Source: Planctomycetota bacterium
GTDB taxonomy: Bacteria; Planctomycetota; PLA2; JAEUHO01
DNA: 64,000 bases
Direction: 5' to 3'
Assembly (NCBI GenBank): GCA_965222115.1
Contig: CBDCTJ010000007.1
Location: forward strand, 2,752,001 to 2,816,000
The first letter of the stretch is position 1, and every line of letters starts with the position of its first letter. Positions 54,756 to 64,000 of the stretch are shown in pieces. The notes below the pieces were generated by a model, which had not been told where the DNA came from, made no database searches, and saw nothing but the letters and a program-made list of their open reading frames with translations. The translations under genes were made by a program, and so were the position numbers.

Positions 54756-55775
54756 GTGCACGAATCTCAGGAACCATTTTGGGAGGACCTCGCAGCGCGC
54801 TTGGCGCGTCGGGGTGAACGTGCTACCGCAGCTCAAGTAGATCCGAATGACGTGCTCGATCCCAATGAGCTGGCCACGCTCATGCACACAGAGCTTTCCC
54901 AGGAAGAACGGGAAACATACCTACGAGCGCTAGAACATTCGCCCCATGACGGTGACGTGTTTGCGGACTTGTTGGAGTACGCCGAGACACGCACACCGCA
55001 GGAGCGCACACGCGATGTCGAACACAAGCAGGGAACGCCTGCCTCGAAAAGACGATTGTCATGGCTCGCGGTGCCCCTCGCTGCCGCCGCCGCGATTGCT
55101 CTTGCCTTTACGCTGTTTCCATTGCTGAAGAAGAAGGACGAGCCAACACGATTCGTCGCCAACGTCTGGGACGACGCCACGCTGACCCGCGCGTTTGACC
55201 ATCTCAAGGCCAGCGACCCGGACGCGTTTCAAGACCTTCACCCCATTCTGAGCAAAGAACAGAAACAGGGGGGCAACGGTGTCTACCGCGGCGGGATTGC
55301 CGTGACCTCGCCACGCGGCGCCATCACGAAACAACCTACACTTGCATGGCAATCCGTAAAGGGCGTTGATGACTACCAAGCGCGAGTCGTCAGTGATGAC
55401 GGCCAAACGGTGTTCTCCAAGGTAACGCATCAAACGAGTCTGACGCCGTCCGCCGATGCGTTGCCACTCGCTAAAGGCACTCACTATGTGCTCCGCATCG
55501 AGGCTGAGGCTGGTGGCGTAGCGCTAAAGGGTGGCTCACCCTTTCATTGGATCCACGACGAAGAGTTTGAGAACTACAAGGCTGGACTGCGTGCCATCGA
55601 CACTGCTGTAAATGATCCGGGTGCTCGTGCGCTTCTCGCCGCGCACCTCGCGGCCCGTTACGAGCTATGGGAGCAAGCGCGAGCGCACCTTGAAGTTGAC
55701 GAGGACGTCACGACAGCCTCGAACGAACGAGGAGAGTTCCTCAACTACCTAGACCGTATGCACACTCAGAAATAG
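54756..55775 (+). CDS. Putative transmembrane anti-sigma factor with DUF928-like periplasmic domain
   Basis: N-terminal anti-sigma-like helices lacking Zn cysteines, TM WLAVPLAAAAAIALAFTLFPLL, SPRG..PTLAW, LAKGTHY. Confidence 0.65.
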   Translation: MHESQEPFWEDLAARLARRGERATAAQVDPNDVLDPNELATLMHTELSQEERETYLRALEHSPHDGDVFADLLEYAETRTPQERTRDVEHKQGTPASKRRLSWLAVPLAAAAAIALAFTLFPLLKKKDEPTRFVANVWDDATLTRAFDHLKASDPDAFQDLHPILSKEQKQGGNGVYRGGIAVTSPRGAITKQPTLAWQSVKGVDDYQARVVSDDGQTVFSKVTHQTSLTPSADALPLAKGTHYVLRIEAEAGGVALKGGSPFHWIHDEEFENYKAGLRAIDTAVNDPGARALLAAHLAARYELWEQARAHLEVDEDVTTASNERGEFLNYLDRMHTQK

Positions 55776-58700
55776 GTGCGACGCATGACTTGCGGATCGA
55801 CGAGCAGCGTGGAGGACCCCCTTTCGCGATTGCGCCCCACTTGGATAATGGGCCTGCTTTGCATCCTCGTCGCGATTTCGCCGACTGGCGCGCTCGCCAA
55901 GAAGCAGGAGCGGCGGCGCCTGCCGGTATGGCGACCGTATCCCAAAGTGGCACACGAAGTCACGCAAGCGTTTGAATCGAGGAACATTGATCGTATCCGT
56001 CGACTCGCGAGTGAAGACCACGACCATACGGGTGTACTTTCTGCCATTCTGTTTCGCCCGAACGCGCCACGGGAAGCGCAACGCGAAATCGCAAGTGCCT
56101 ACGTCAAGCACCTCAAAGAAGACAACCCGGCTCGAGCCTTTGGAGCCTATTGGCTGCAAGCAGAAGAGGCTGACTACAAACGGGAGCGAGCCTATTGGCG
56201 TCACACCGGCCAGATCGCGAAACGCCTGCGGACAGAGCCTGTGGAAGACGTCCTACGTTTTCTCGATTCGCAAATGAGCTCGGTGAGAAACGATCGACAT
56301 TCTTACGCGCGATTCATGCTTTGGAGTATGTACATCAAACTTCTGCGTCGATCCAAACGACTTAAGGAGGCGATCAACGAGCGTGAGCTCATGATTCGCG
56401 CTGCCACGGAATCGGGAGATCACGCACGGGCGGCCGAGTTTTGTCAGGAGCGTTTCGAACTCATGCGCTATGCGGGAGCGTTCAAGGCGGCCGAACAAGA
56501 AGGTAAGCGTGCTGCGAAACTTCTCATTCGATCAAGGCGGTGGGGTCGGGCGGCCACCGTGCTCACAGCGCTCGCGGACGCCGCTCGTGTACGGCGCGAT
56601 TACAAGGCGGCAGAGCGTCACATTGGAAGTGCGATGGCCATCGCCACAGACACGAACGATCCCACGCTCATTGCGAGTGTGTGTCTCGCTCGAAGTGAAA
56701 TCGCGGTGGCGCGACGTGAGTACACGCATGCCATCGAACTCAAGATTCAGGTGTGGAAGATGGTGCGAGGGCTTCTTGACAATCCGGAGGCTCGTACGTT
56801 GGTCGTCCGATCGCTCACTCACCTCGTGAACTTGATGCGACTACAGGCACTGATGCAAGAAGCAATTCGTTATGGACACCAACTCGACGCAGCGCTTTCA
56901 AGTGTAGACGGCGTTCATCAAAGTTATGTGGCGAGGGCAAGACTCTCCATCGCATCACTAGAACTCTCGCTCGATAACCAACAGCAGGCGTATGCCCATT
57001 TCAAGGGCGCAAGAGCCTTGCTGAGCAATCACGCATTATTGATGGATGACCGCGCGATGGCGATGCGCGGTGAGTTGTTGACGCGCACACCGGACAAAGA
57101 CAATACGTCCGAGAACGATCAGTTGCTTGAAAAGTATAGAGAGCTTACACGTCGCATCATCAAGACCAGGCCCTCCTCATTTGCCTGGGCAAGTCTAAGT
57201 CGTGTCGAGTTCACCCTAGGGCATCATGCCGCAGCACGCACATCGGCAGAGAAGGCCCTGGAGCTGGCCAGCGAATCGTCCCCATCCGCTTTCCATGCCA
57301 TACGCGCACGCGTTGCGATGGCCCACGTGCACATTCACGATCACAAGTGGGAAGAGGCTATTGCGTGCCTGAAACCCACGACCTCACAAACGTTACGTCC
57401 ACAGAGCGTTGCATACGCGCACTCATTGTCCGGGAGCTGCGCGCTCAAACTTGGACGCTTTTCAAATGCTATTGACCACTTTCGCGAAGCCATTACGAAA
57501 AAGAGTCAAGTATGGCGCGGTGTCGGCCTGCTTAGCAGGAATGCACAACGCCATACGGTGAACAACTTGGCAGGCGAAGGTATGCGGGCAGCATTTGAGT
57601 GGAGCCGCGCGGACCCATCTAAGCAAGCGCAAGCGCTGGAAGCCGCCTGGTGGTTTGGAGAGGCGGGGCGCGCGCAAGCGATGGCGCAGGCCTTGGTGTC
57701 TGGCAAGCCGACGAATGATTCGGAACTGCGGAATCAGTATGAAACAGCGATGGAAAGGGTGGAAACACTCCAGCGGGAGCACGTCTTGGCGCTTGCGTAT
57801 GGGGAAACGAAGCACCAACAACGGCTTCGCCCCCAGCTCGATGCAGCGCTAAGGGCTGCACACGAGGCGGCAAAGGCTCTCGACGCCCGACGCCGTCCTC
57901 CCGCAACAATGCCGACGCTTGTCTCTCTTGAAGAGGCACGAGGCGCATTGAATGACGACGAGTGCGTGCTCCGCTTTCATCTCGCCCAGGATGAGTTTTG
58001 GGGCATGGCAGCCAGCAAGCGCGGTGCGTCCATCGCCCGAATTGGCTCGACGAACGACATTGCAGAACTCATCACTGCGTGGCGCGACCTTGCATCGATT
58101 CCGGGCGGTCGGGATGAGAAAGTGGCCCACACCCTCTACAACCGACTCATTGCGCCGTTTCAGAATGTGATCGGTGATGCCAAGCACCTATGTGTTGTTC
58201 CCGACGGTGCCATCGCGACCATTCCAGTGGATGCCCTCGTAGCTGAAATAGGTGGCAAGCCTCGGCCCACGCGTGTCATTGAACGGTTCAGTGTGTGCTA
58301 CGCACAATCGTATAGCGTCTACAAGCTCCTGCGTGCACGGCGCAGTGAACAGAGTGTGCCGCGAGGTATTGTAGCACTTGGCGGCGTTCCCTATCCCCAC
58401 GATGCAAGTGTGCTTGTCGACGAGGGACGCGTCCTTGCGAGCAGGCTCCGAGGCGGACTTACACTCCCTCCACTTCCTGCCACGCGCGCAGAGGTCGAGC
58501 GCATCGGCGCACTGTTTGCCAGTGAGCACCGTGAAGTACTAACGGGTAAGGCTGCGACGATTCCGAATCTCATGAAGCACGTACGGGATCGATCAACGCC
58601 ACTGGACGTCCTTCACATTGCAACCCATGGGCTGGCCGACAACGCCACGCCCTCGCTATCCGGTCTGGTATTGGCTGGCGGCAGTGTGCTCACCGCCGAG

Positions 58701-59021
58701 CGCATCGAACGCACTCGCATTCCAGCGCGCTTGGCTGTTCTCTCCGCGTGCGACTCCGGCAGCGGCACCCATTCACCCGGGGAGGGTTTACTGGGCCTTA
58801 CGCGCTCTCTGATGGCGGCGGGCGTTTCGCAAGTTGTGTGTTCCACTTGGCAACTGGCCGACACGCACGCCGCAGAATTCATGGTGGCCATGCACAAGCG
58901 CCGCAAGGCATTGAAGCGTACGAGCGAGGCCCTGCGACAAACTCGCCTCGATGTCCTCCGCAAGCCGGAGACGACGCATCCGTTCTATTGGGCGGGGTAT
59001 CAGCTTTGGGGTGGCGACTAG
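55776..59021 (+). CDS. TPR + CHAT (caspase-like) protease
   Basis: VVPDGAIATIP, LPATRAEV, catalytic His VLHIATHG, catalytic Cys VLSACDSG, GEGLLGL, HPFYWAG. Confidence 0.92.
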   Translation: MRRMTCGSTSSVEDPLSRLRPTWIMGLLCILVAISPTGALAKKQERRRLPVWRPYPKVAHEVTQAFESRNIDRIRRLASEDHDHTGVLSAILFRPNAPREAQREIASAYVKHLKEDNPARAFGAYWLQAEEADYKRERAYWRHTGQIAKRLRTEPVEDVLRFLDSQMSSVRNDRHSYARFMLWSMYIKLLRRSKRLKEAINERELMIRAATESGDHARAAEFCQERFELMRYAGAFKAAEQEGKRAAKLLIRSRRWGRAATVLTALADAARVRRDYKAAERHIGSAMAIATDTNDPTLIASVCLARSEIAVARREYTHAIELKIQVWKMVRGLLDNPEARTLVVRSLTHLVNLMRLQALMQEAIRYGHQLDAALSSVDGVHQSYVARARLSIASLELSLDNQQQAYAHFKGARALLSNHALLMDDRAMAMRGELLTRTPDKDNTSENDQLLEKYRELTRRIIKTRPSSFAWASLSRVEFTLGHHAAARTSAEKALELASESSPSAFHAIRARVAMAHVHIHDHKWEEAIACLKPTTSQTLRPQSVAYAHSLSGSCALKLGRFSNAIDHFREAITKKSQVWRGVGLLSRNAQRHTVNNLAGEGMRAAFEWSRADPSKQAQALEAAWWFGEAGRAQAMAQALVSGKPTNDSELRNQYETAMERVETLQREHVLALAYGETKHQQRLRPQLDAALRAAHEAAKALDARRRPPATMPTLVSLEEARGALNDDECVLRFHLAQDEFWGMAASKRGASIARIGSTNDIAELITAWRDLASIPGGRDEKVAHTLYNRLIAPFQNVIGDAKHLCVVPDGAIATIPVDALVAEIGGKPRPTRVIERFSVCYAQSYSVYKLLRARRSEQSVPRGIVALGGVPYPHDASVLVDEGRVLASRLRGGLTLPPLPATRAEVERIGALFASEHREVLTGKAATIPNLMKHVRDRSTPLDVLHIATHGLADNATPSLSGLVLAGGSVLTAERIERTRIPARLAVLSACDSGSGTHSPGEGLLGLTRSLMAAGVSQVVCSTWQLADTHAAEFMVAMHKRRKALKRTSEALRQTRLDVLRKPETTHPFYWAGYQLWGGD

Positions 59022-59228
59022 CTCGGGGCCGCGCTTCATGAACACACTGGGTCTGCCACATTGCCGTGCGCAAGTTGCGGATATCCCGTCGTGGGCACGT
59101 TGCTGCGTTGGCATCCGCGCATCTTCGTCTCAGGTCCGCTTGCAGAACTTGAGTTGGGACCCACCTCGCGAAACATCGCGGGCGCACGGCGGGCAGGTGA
59201 CCGGCTCGTTCATGCCGTCCGTAAGCGT

Positions 59229-61379
59229 CTACTTTGAGGACAACCACCACACGTCGTCAAACGCTTCTGCGCTGTCCTGCTTTTGTTGTTCCATACACTT
59301 CGCGGTGAGCAGCATGCTCACGGCATAGAGCGGATTGGACGCATCAATCTCTTCTAACGCGGCCAGCGCATCGCCGAAACGCGCATCGGTGTAGGAAGTC
59401 AATGCACGTTCGTAACTCTTGGCCGCCGACAAGACATCGTCGGGAACGTCTCCACGTCGTCCAAGGGGCTGATACACGGGCTCGGGCTTCGTTTTGCCCT
59501 TGACCCCCACGCGGTGGAGCCTTAGCCATTCAAACTCGTCGGCGGATTGATCCCGCGTCTTCTTTGAGCAGAGAATCGTGCTTCCGAAGACCTTGTTGGC
59601 ACCCTCCAATCGTGCGGCGAGATTCACAACATCGCCAAGTGCCGTAAAGTTCAGTCGGGACGGTGAGCCAAAGTTGCCGACGAAGGCGCGGCCCGAGGCA
59701 ATGCCGAACCCCGTCCATAGCGGTGGACGCCCCTGCGCCTCACAGCGCGCATTAAACGCCTCGACAAATGATGCGCAGCGCAATGCGGCCCGAACGGCGC
59801 CGGCACCGTGATCGTCACGTTCGACCGGAGCGCCCCACATCGCCATGATGGCGTCACCCACCATCTTGTCCACCACCCCGTGTTCTTCCCGAATGATCTC
59901 GAGCATGCCTTCGAAGTAGGCCGAGAGGTGTTCGGAGAGATCGGTATTCGACATGCCTTCTGAAATGGTCGTGAAGCCACGAATATCGGTAAACAAGATC
60001 GTCACCGGCATGGCTTCGCCGCCGAGCTTGGCCGCCTCGCCGCGACGAAGCAGTTCCCGCACCACTTCCGTGGGAATGTACTTCGAAAAGCTCTCCAAGG
60101 CCGTGCGCATGTTCTCCTGCGCGCCCGCCAACAGATGCGTTTCCAGTACGTGCGACTCAATGGGCTTGCCGGGGCTCAGGTCAAGCGAACGAATGCGTTC
60201 GCTTTCTTTGGCCAATTGCCGTAGTGGTCGCCCGTACATGCGGGCCATGAGGGCTGCGAGGCCAAGTGCAATAAGCAGGGCCAACCCGGACACCCACAGG
60301 ATGTTTCGTTGTTGCTCCTTCACTTGGCCCAGGAAATCAGCTTCGGGTACTACCACACCAATCCACAGGGGCGGCCCTTGTTCTAGCGTGTACGGTTCGA
60401 ACTGAACGCGCCATGCCTCGCCGTCAATTTCCAAGCGACGACGAGAAGGCTTTCCGGTGGCTTCAATCGATTCGTACAACTTACGCACGCCGGCAAGTGA
60501 TGGTTGACCCACTTCGTGAAGCTCCGGCATGCGGTTGCCGAGTGCCTTGACGTGGGCCAGTCGCTTTTCTGCCGTGTTGTATTCTTCCGTCGCCGGAAAA
60601 CCCACAATGCGACCATCTTTGGTCAATACCATCGCCATGCTGTTGGGCGTGGGACGAAGAGATGCCGTAAAGTTACTCAGTTTTGTCAACATGACATTGA
60701 ACGTCATCATGTAGACGTCGTTACCGGGCCCCTCATAGGGGAGTGAGGCGGCGATACCGGGGTTTTTGCTGGTGTTGAGAATGAATGGATCGGTCCAGGC
60801 CATCTTCGTGTTGGCAACGTCGCCGTCCGCCAGTTCCAACTGCTTACGTGCACCCGCGTACCATGGTCGTTTACGAGGATCGAATTTGGTGGCTTTGCTG
60901 TATTCCTCAAGCACCTCGCCTTCCGGCGTCACAATGAAATAGTCGGCCGGACGTCCTTTCTCCCCGGCGTATGTCAGACGATTGAGATAGTTGTCACCCT
61001 TTGCACCAAGTCGGTAGCTGTATCCGCCGGTATTGCCGGTTGCAATGGAGGTGACCTGCGGCATCGCCTCCAACACGGGCAAATACACTTTGTTGGAGCC
61101 GTGCATATCCTTCGGTTCCACCACGTGCGACCGCGCCCAGGCGCGGCCATTTCGAATGCCCGTCATCACAGGTAAAAAGAACCCCCCGAGCTTTTCCACG
61201 ACGACATCTCGCGTCTTGTCGAGGTAGCGTCCGCCGAGGTCCTCTGCGATGGCCTTCCCCGCCCGGTGATTCACGAACAAGAGCGCTGCCACCAGCGCCA
61301 AAATTAGCGACATTAGCAGTGTAAGTAGACTGGTACGAATGCGAACCCGAGGCACGCAGGGGAGCCTACAGGAACGCAT
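59229..61379 (-). CDS. Membrane class III adenylate/guanylate cyclase (Cache sensor, HAMP)
   Basis: Two TMs, FDPRKRPWY, WTDPF; FTDIRGFT, DKMVGDA, FTALGDVVNLAARLEGANK, VKGK; start approximate. Confidence 0.92.
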   Translation of the reverse strand: MRSCRLPCVPRVRIRTSLLTLLMSLILALVAALLFVNHRAGKAIAEDLGGRYLDKTRDVVVEKLGGFFLPVMTGIRNGRAWARSHVVEPKDMHGSNKVYLPVLEAMPQVTSIATGNTGGYSYRLGAKGDNYLNRLTYAGEKGRPADYFIVTPEGEVLEEYSKATKFDPRKRPWYAGARKQLELADGDVANTKMAWTDPFILNTSKNPGIAASLPYEGPGNDVYMMTFNVMLTKLSNFTASLRPTPNSMAMVLTKDGRIVGFPATEEYNTAEKRLAHVKALGNRMPELHEVGQPSLAGVRKLYESIEATGKPSRRRLEIDGEAWRVQFEPYTLEQGPPLWIGVVVPEADFLGQVKEQQRNILWVSGLALLIALGLAALMARMYGRPLRQLAKESERIRSLDLSPGKPIESHVLETHLLAGAQENMRTALESFSKYIPTEVVRELLRRGEAAKLGGEAMPVTILFTDIRGFTTISEGMSNTDLSEHLSAYFEGMLEIIREEHGVVDKMVGDAIMAMWGAPVERDDHGAGAVRAALRCASFVEAFNARCEAQGRPPLWTGFGIASGRAFVGNFGSPSRLNFTALGDVVNLAARLEGANKVFGSTILCSKKTRDQSADEFEWLRLHRVGVKGKTKPEPVYQPLGRRGDVPDDVLSAAKSYERALTSYTDARFGDALAALEEIDASNPLYAVSMLLTAKCMEQQKQDSAEAFDDVWWLSSK

Positions 61380-61469
61380 CCCTATTTAGAAATCTAAGAT
61401 ATGGGCTCACATTCGCTGATTGAATCGGACTCGGCGTTCCTGCGCACCCCCGTGTCGAACGCCGTTCAT

Positions 61470-61684
61470 CTCACGCAGAGGCGCCGGGTTGCGGAGGCGC
61501 AGAGCGCAGGTTTGAGGAACGCCGGACGAATCGATCATCGAATGCTCATCCTTGAGTCCGGGTGAGGGGGAACGGTTCACGGGTGACGGGGATACGGGGA
61601 AACTCAATCCCTATGAAGCCGAGCTTGCAGCCAACGGAACACACTTCTCACTGCGCCTCCGCGCCCTCAGGGGCTCTGCGTGAG
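61470..61684. repeat. Composite MITE-like repeat: two inverted 35-nt units flanking a reversed heptamer/CTCAAG module
   Basis: 61470-61504 and 61649-61684 are imperfect inverted repeats; 61518-61603 is the reverse-complement homolog of 62907-62978 and 2777-2860. Confidence 0.75.
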
Positions 61685-61731
61685 GTAACCCACTCCCGAC
61701 GAACACGTACTCGATTCGAACGCAATAGAGT

Positions 61732-62070
61732 TCACTCATCATCCGTTGCCCACACCACATCAAGCGCCCCCATTCGCCGCAGCAGCCCGACCAATCGGCG
61801 ATGCGTTTCACGGGTTTCGAGCGCAATGGAAACGACGCGTCCGACAGCCTTTGCATGGGGCACGAACTCCCAATCGGTGTCTTCACTCAATATCCACGCG
61901 TACTCATCGGGATCGATTTCCTCAAACCCGTCCCATTGCAGCTCCGTTTCGCCATCCACCAACCGGCGAAACCACGCGTTCAATGCATCCTGCGCTTCGA
62001 TGGCATGGGCATCGTCGCGGAAGGTGCCGCGGATGCCGGTGACGGGGGCCGCTTCATTCATGTCGAGCAT
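61732..62070 (-). CDS. Acidic hypothetical protein
   Basis: ATG overlaps the comF stop (TAATG); 112 aa starting MLDMNEAAPV. Confidence 0.55.
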   Translation of the reverse strand: MLDMNEAAPVTGIRGTFRDDAHAIEAQDALNAWFRRLVDGETELQWDGFEEIDPDEYAWILSEDTDWEFVPHAKAVGRVVSIALETRETHRRLVGLLRRMGALDVVWATDDE

Positions 62071-62864
62071 TATGCACCACGTTCTGTGCGACAGGCCACG
62101 ACAACGACCACGCGAAGTGCGCCCGCGCGAAGCAGTGCATAGGAGACTGCGCGGGCGGTGGCGCCGCTCGTGATCACGTCGTCGACCAGCATGACGCATC
62201 GCCCCGCTACCGCACGGCGCTTCGCGACAAAGCCACCGCGTGGTCCCAGTCGTCGCTGGGCTTTGGAACGTGTCGTTTGAGGCGGGCCGTGGACGCGTCG
62301 CTTTACCGCTCGCGAGGCAACTGGAATGTGCAAACGCCGACCAAGTGCCTTGGCCAGTAACGCGGATTGGTTGTAGCCCCGTTCTCGCATTCGCTTCGCG
62401 GATAGTGGAACTGGAACCAACAGGTCGCCGGGAATGTCGGCGGCTCGAAGCGCCTCCTCCATCGGACCCGCAAGCATCTCAGCAAGATGGCAGCCGTCTC
62501 GAAACTTGAGCCCAAGGACAAGTTGTCGTGCGCTTTCTCGATACGAGTAGGGCGCAATCACTCCGGCAATCACGTCTCGCCGACGCGGCACACGCGACCC
62601 GATCGCATCGAGCTCTGCTGAGGGTCCCAAACATTGCGGGCAGGACTCAAGCGACACACGCGGCCCCACACTCCTCCCGCAACGTCGACATCGCGGTCGC
62701 CACATAGGCAGTGCCGCCATGCAGCCATCGCAGAATCGACGATCAGGTGCATCCCACGTGTCCACGCCGCAGAGCACACAGCGAGGTGGAAACCACGTGT
62801 CGATGAGGCCGGTGATGAACGCTTTGATCACAGGCCTACTACGAACCAAACCTCGATTGGCCAC
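62070..62864 (-). CDS. comF: ComF family protein (zinc ribbon + phosphoribosyltransferase)
   Basis: FPPRCVLC, CDGC, CRRCG, CPQC, VPVPLS..RERGYNQS, LVDDVITSGAT. Confidence 0.9.
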   Translation of the reverse strand: MANRGLVRSRPVIKAFITGLIDTWFPPRCVLCGVDTWDAPDRRFCDGCMAALPMWRPRCRRCGRSVGPRVSLESCPQCLGPSAELDAIGSRVPRRRDVIAGVIAPYSYRESARQLVLGLKFRDGCHLAEMLAGPMEEALRAADIPGDLLVPVPLSAKRMRERGYNQSALLAKALGRRLHIPVASRAVKRRVHGPPQTTRSKAQRRLGPRGGFVAKRRAVAGRCVMLVDDVITSGATARAVSYALLRAGALRVVVVVACRTERGA

Positions 62865-62906
62865 ATCTCGTTGCTAGCGGCAGGTTGTTCAAGTTGTCCG
62901 TACGCC

Positions 62907-63029
62907 GTTTCCCCTTACCCCGTATACCCGTCCCCCGAACTCAAGGATGAATGTTCAACGATCGATTCTTCCAGCGTTTAAGACGTGGACGTGGACGTGG
63001 ACGTGGACGTGGACGTGGACGTGGACGTG
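62907..63029 (+). repeat. Heptamer/CTCAAG module followed by (CGTGGA)7
   Basis: ccccgta tacccgt cccccgaa ctcaag gatgaatgttcaacgatcgattc; seven CGTGGA units at 62984-63025. Confidence 0.85.
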
Positions 63030-63072
63030 TTGGTCCAGTCTGCGCATGTCTTCGATACACGATGCCTCTAGA

Positions 63073-63391
63073 TTGGTCCTTCGATGCGCACTACGCGGAT
63101 CAAAGATCCGCTAGTGCTTACTCAGGATCTCCGGTCAATGGGCATAGCCCATTGACCTCCGACACGCCCCTTGAGGTTGAGATATCGCGTGTTGTAGGAA
63201 TCGACCCGTACACACCTCAGAAATTGAGACTATCTCAGGGGACCGCGCCTAAGGGAGACTCCATCTAGATTAGGCGTCAACATCGAATGGCGCGTGTCGG
63301 AGACAAGGAGGGTCGAAGACCCGACGTAGTCGGAGATCCTGAGTAAGTCCAAGCGGACCAAGGGTCCGCGCTGGACGCATCGAAGGGCCGA
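63073..63391 (+). ncRNA. Highly structured multi-branch non-coding element (RNA or ssDNA), unassigned
   Basis: 16-bp closing stem 63073-88/63376-91, perfect 17-bp stem 63117-33/63331-47, 11-bp stem 63157-67/63292-302, hairpins 63089-116, 63133-157, 63310-322, 63347-376. Confidence 0.65.
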
Positions 63392-63448
63392 ACTACGAAT
63401 TTCGTAAGTCACACGGAGACGATGAACTTGATACGTCAAATGGGCTAG

Positions 63449-64000
63449 TCAGACGTCATGAACCGTCCCAAGCGCCACAGCGCGTGTCGCGCCGGTTGCA
63501 CTCGGTAAGTTTCCGGGAAGCCCCAGGAGCCGTCGATCAGCAAGCAACGCAAAGCCCACGGCCTCTTTGGCGTCAATCCACGCATCGGGAAGCGTTCGAG
63601 TTTCGATGTCGAGCGCGCTCAGCTTCTCACTGATGCACTCCATCAGATAGCCATTGCGACAACCCCCACCGCTAAACAGAAGTCTTCTGAGTTCCTGATG
63701 ACGAATGAGCACATGGTTCTCAATGCCATCGCGGAGAACTTCGGCTGTGAATTCGGTTGCAGTCGCCACTAGAACTTCGGGAGGCACGTCAGGATGCTTA
63801 CGCTTGATTGCCTGAACGAGTGCGGGGCCAAACGTGTCGTAGCCCGCGCTCTTGGGCGGCGACGCAGCAATCCACTTCGCCCGCGACGTATAGAGTGACA
63901 ACAAGACATCTTCCGAAACTGTTGTTGCGCGTGCTATGGCGCCGTCTTTATCAAATCGAGGATGCCCTTCCGTATCGGATGCGAATGCGTCGATCAGTGC
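63449..64000 (-). CDS. anmK: Anhydro-N-acetylmuramic acid kinase (3' part; runs off window)
   Basis: Frame open to window end: ALIDAF, FDKDGAIA, PPKSAG, ATATEFTA, SGGGCRN, DAKEAVGFALLA, GNLPSATGA. Confidence 0.9.
   Translation of the reverse strand, partial: ALIDAFASDTEGHPRFDKDGAIARATTVSEDVLLSLYTSRAKWIAASPPKSAGYDTFGPALVQAIKRKHPDVPPEVLVATATEFTAEVLRDGIENHVLIRHQELRRLLFSGGGCRNGYLMECISEKLSALDIETRTLPDAWIDAKEAVGFALLADRRLLGLPGNLPSATGATRAVALGTVHDV

Noticed and set aside
55776-59021. Type III-E CRISPR Craspase locus
   Set aside because: No Cas7-11, array or csx30/csx31; stand-alone TPR-CHAT genes are common
63073-63391. RNase P RNA, tmRNA, SRP or 6S RNA
   Set aside because: No GAGGAAAGUCC, no tRNA-like acceptor/T-arm ends, no SRP helix-8 motif, and not a single rod with a central bubble, on either strand
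62951-63439. ORFs 62951-63268 (+) and 63230-63439 (-)
   Set aside because: The RGRGRG run is just the CGTGGA repeat; no RBS or protein motifs, and the sequence is better explained by base pairing

Overview
GC-rich bacterial chromosome segment, probably Planctomycetota. The taxon is an inference from the HEAT/VWA/TPR secreted proteins, a small protein ending in 'FPTWSEVL..LGY', a eukaryote-type UDP-HexNAc pyrophosphorylase and the gene context. Most of the window is housekeeping (ruvB, menG/ubiE, mutL, holA, cca, ddl, rpmF-plsX-fabD-fabG-acpP-fabF, alaS, recA, thpR, comF, anmK). Several signalling modules are interspersed: a Rab-like GTPase operon with a longin/roadblock-like membrane protein and a pseudo-histidine kinase, a FIST-hybrid kinase-response regulator unit, an ECF sigma/anti-sigma/CHAT protease triad, and a membrane adenylate cyclase. 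The least explained signals are non-coding. (i) A modular family of dispersed short repeats brackets a four-helix-bundle gene and recurs at three other loci. (ii) Several intergenic regions fold into long nested multi-branch structures on the + strand; the best is about 320 nt at 63073-63391, with a four-way junction and mostly 3-nt loops. (iii) A 28-bp tandem array copies the last codons of fabF. I found no rRNA, tRNA, CRISPR array, transposase or integrase. All annotations come from reading motifs by eye; no database search was run.
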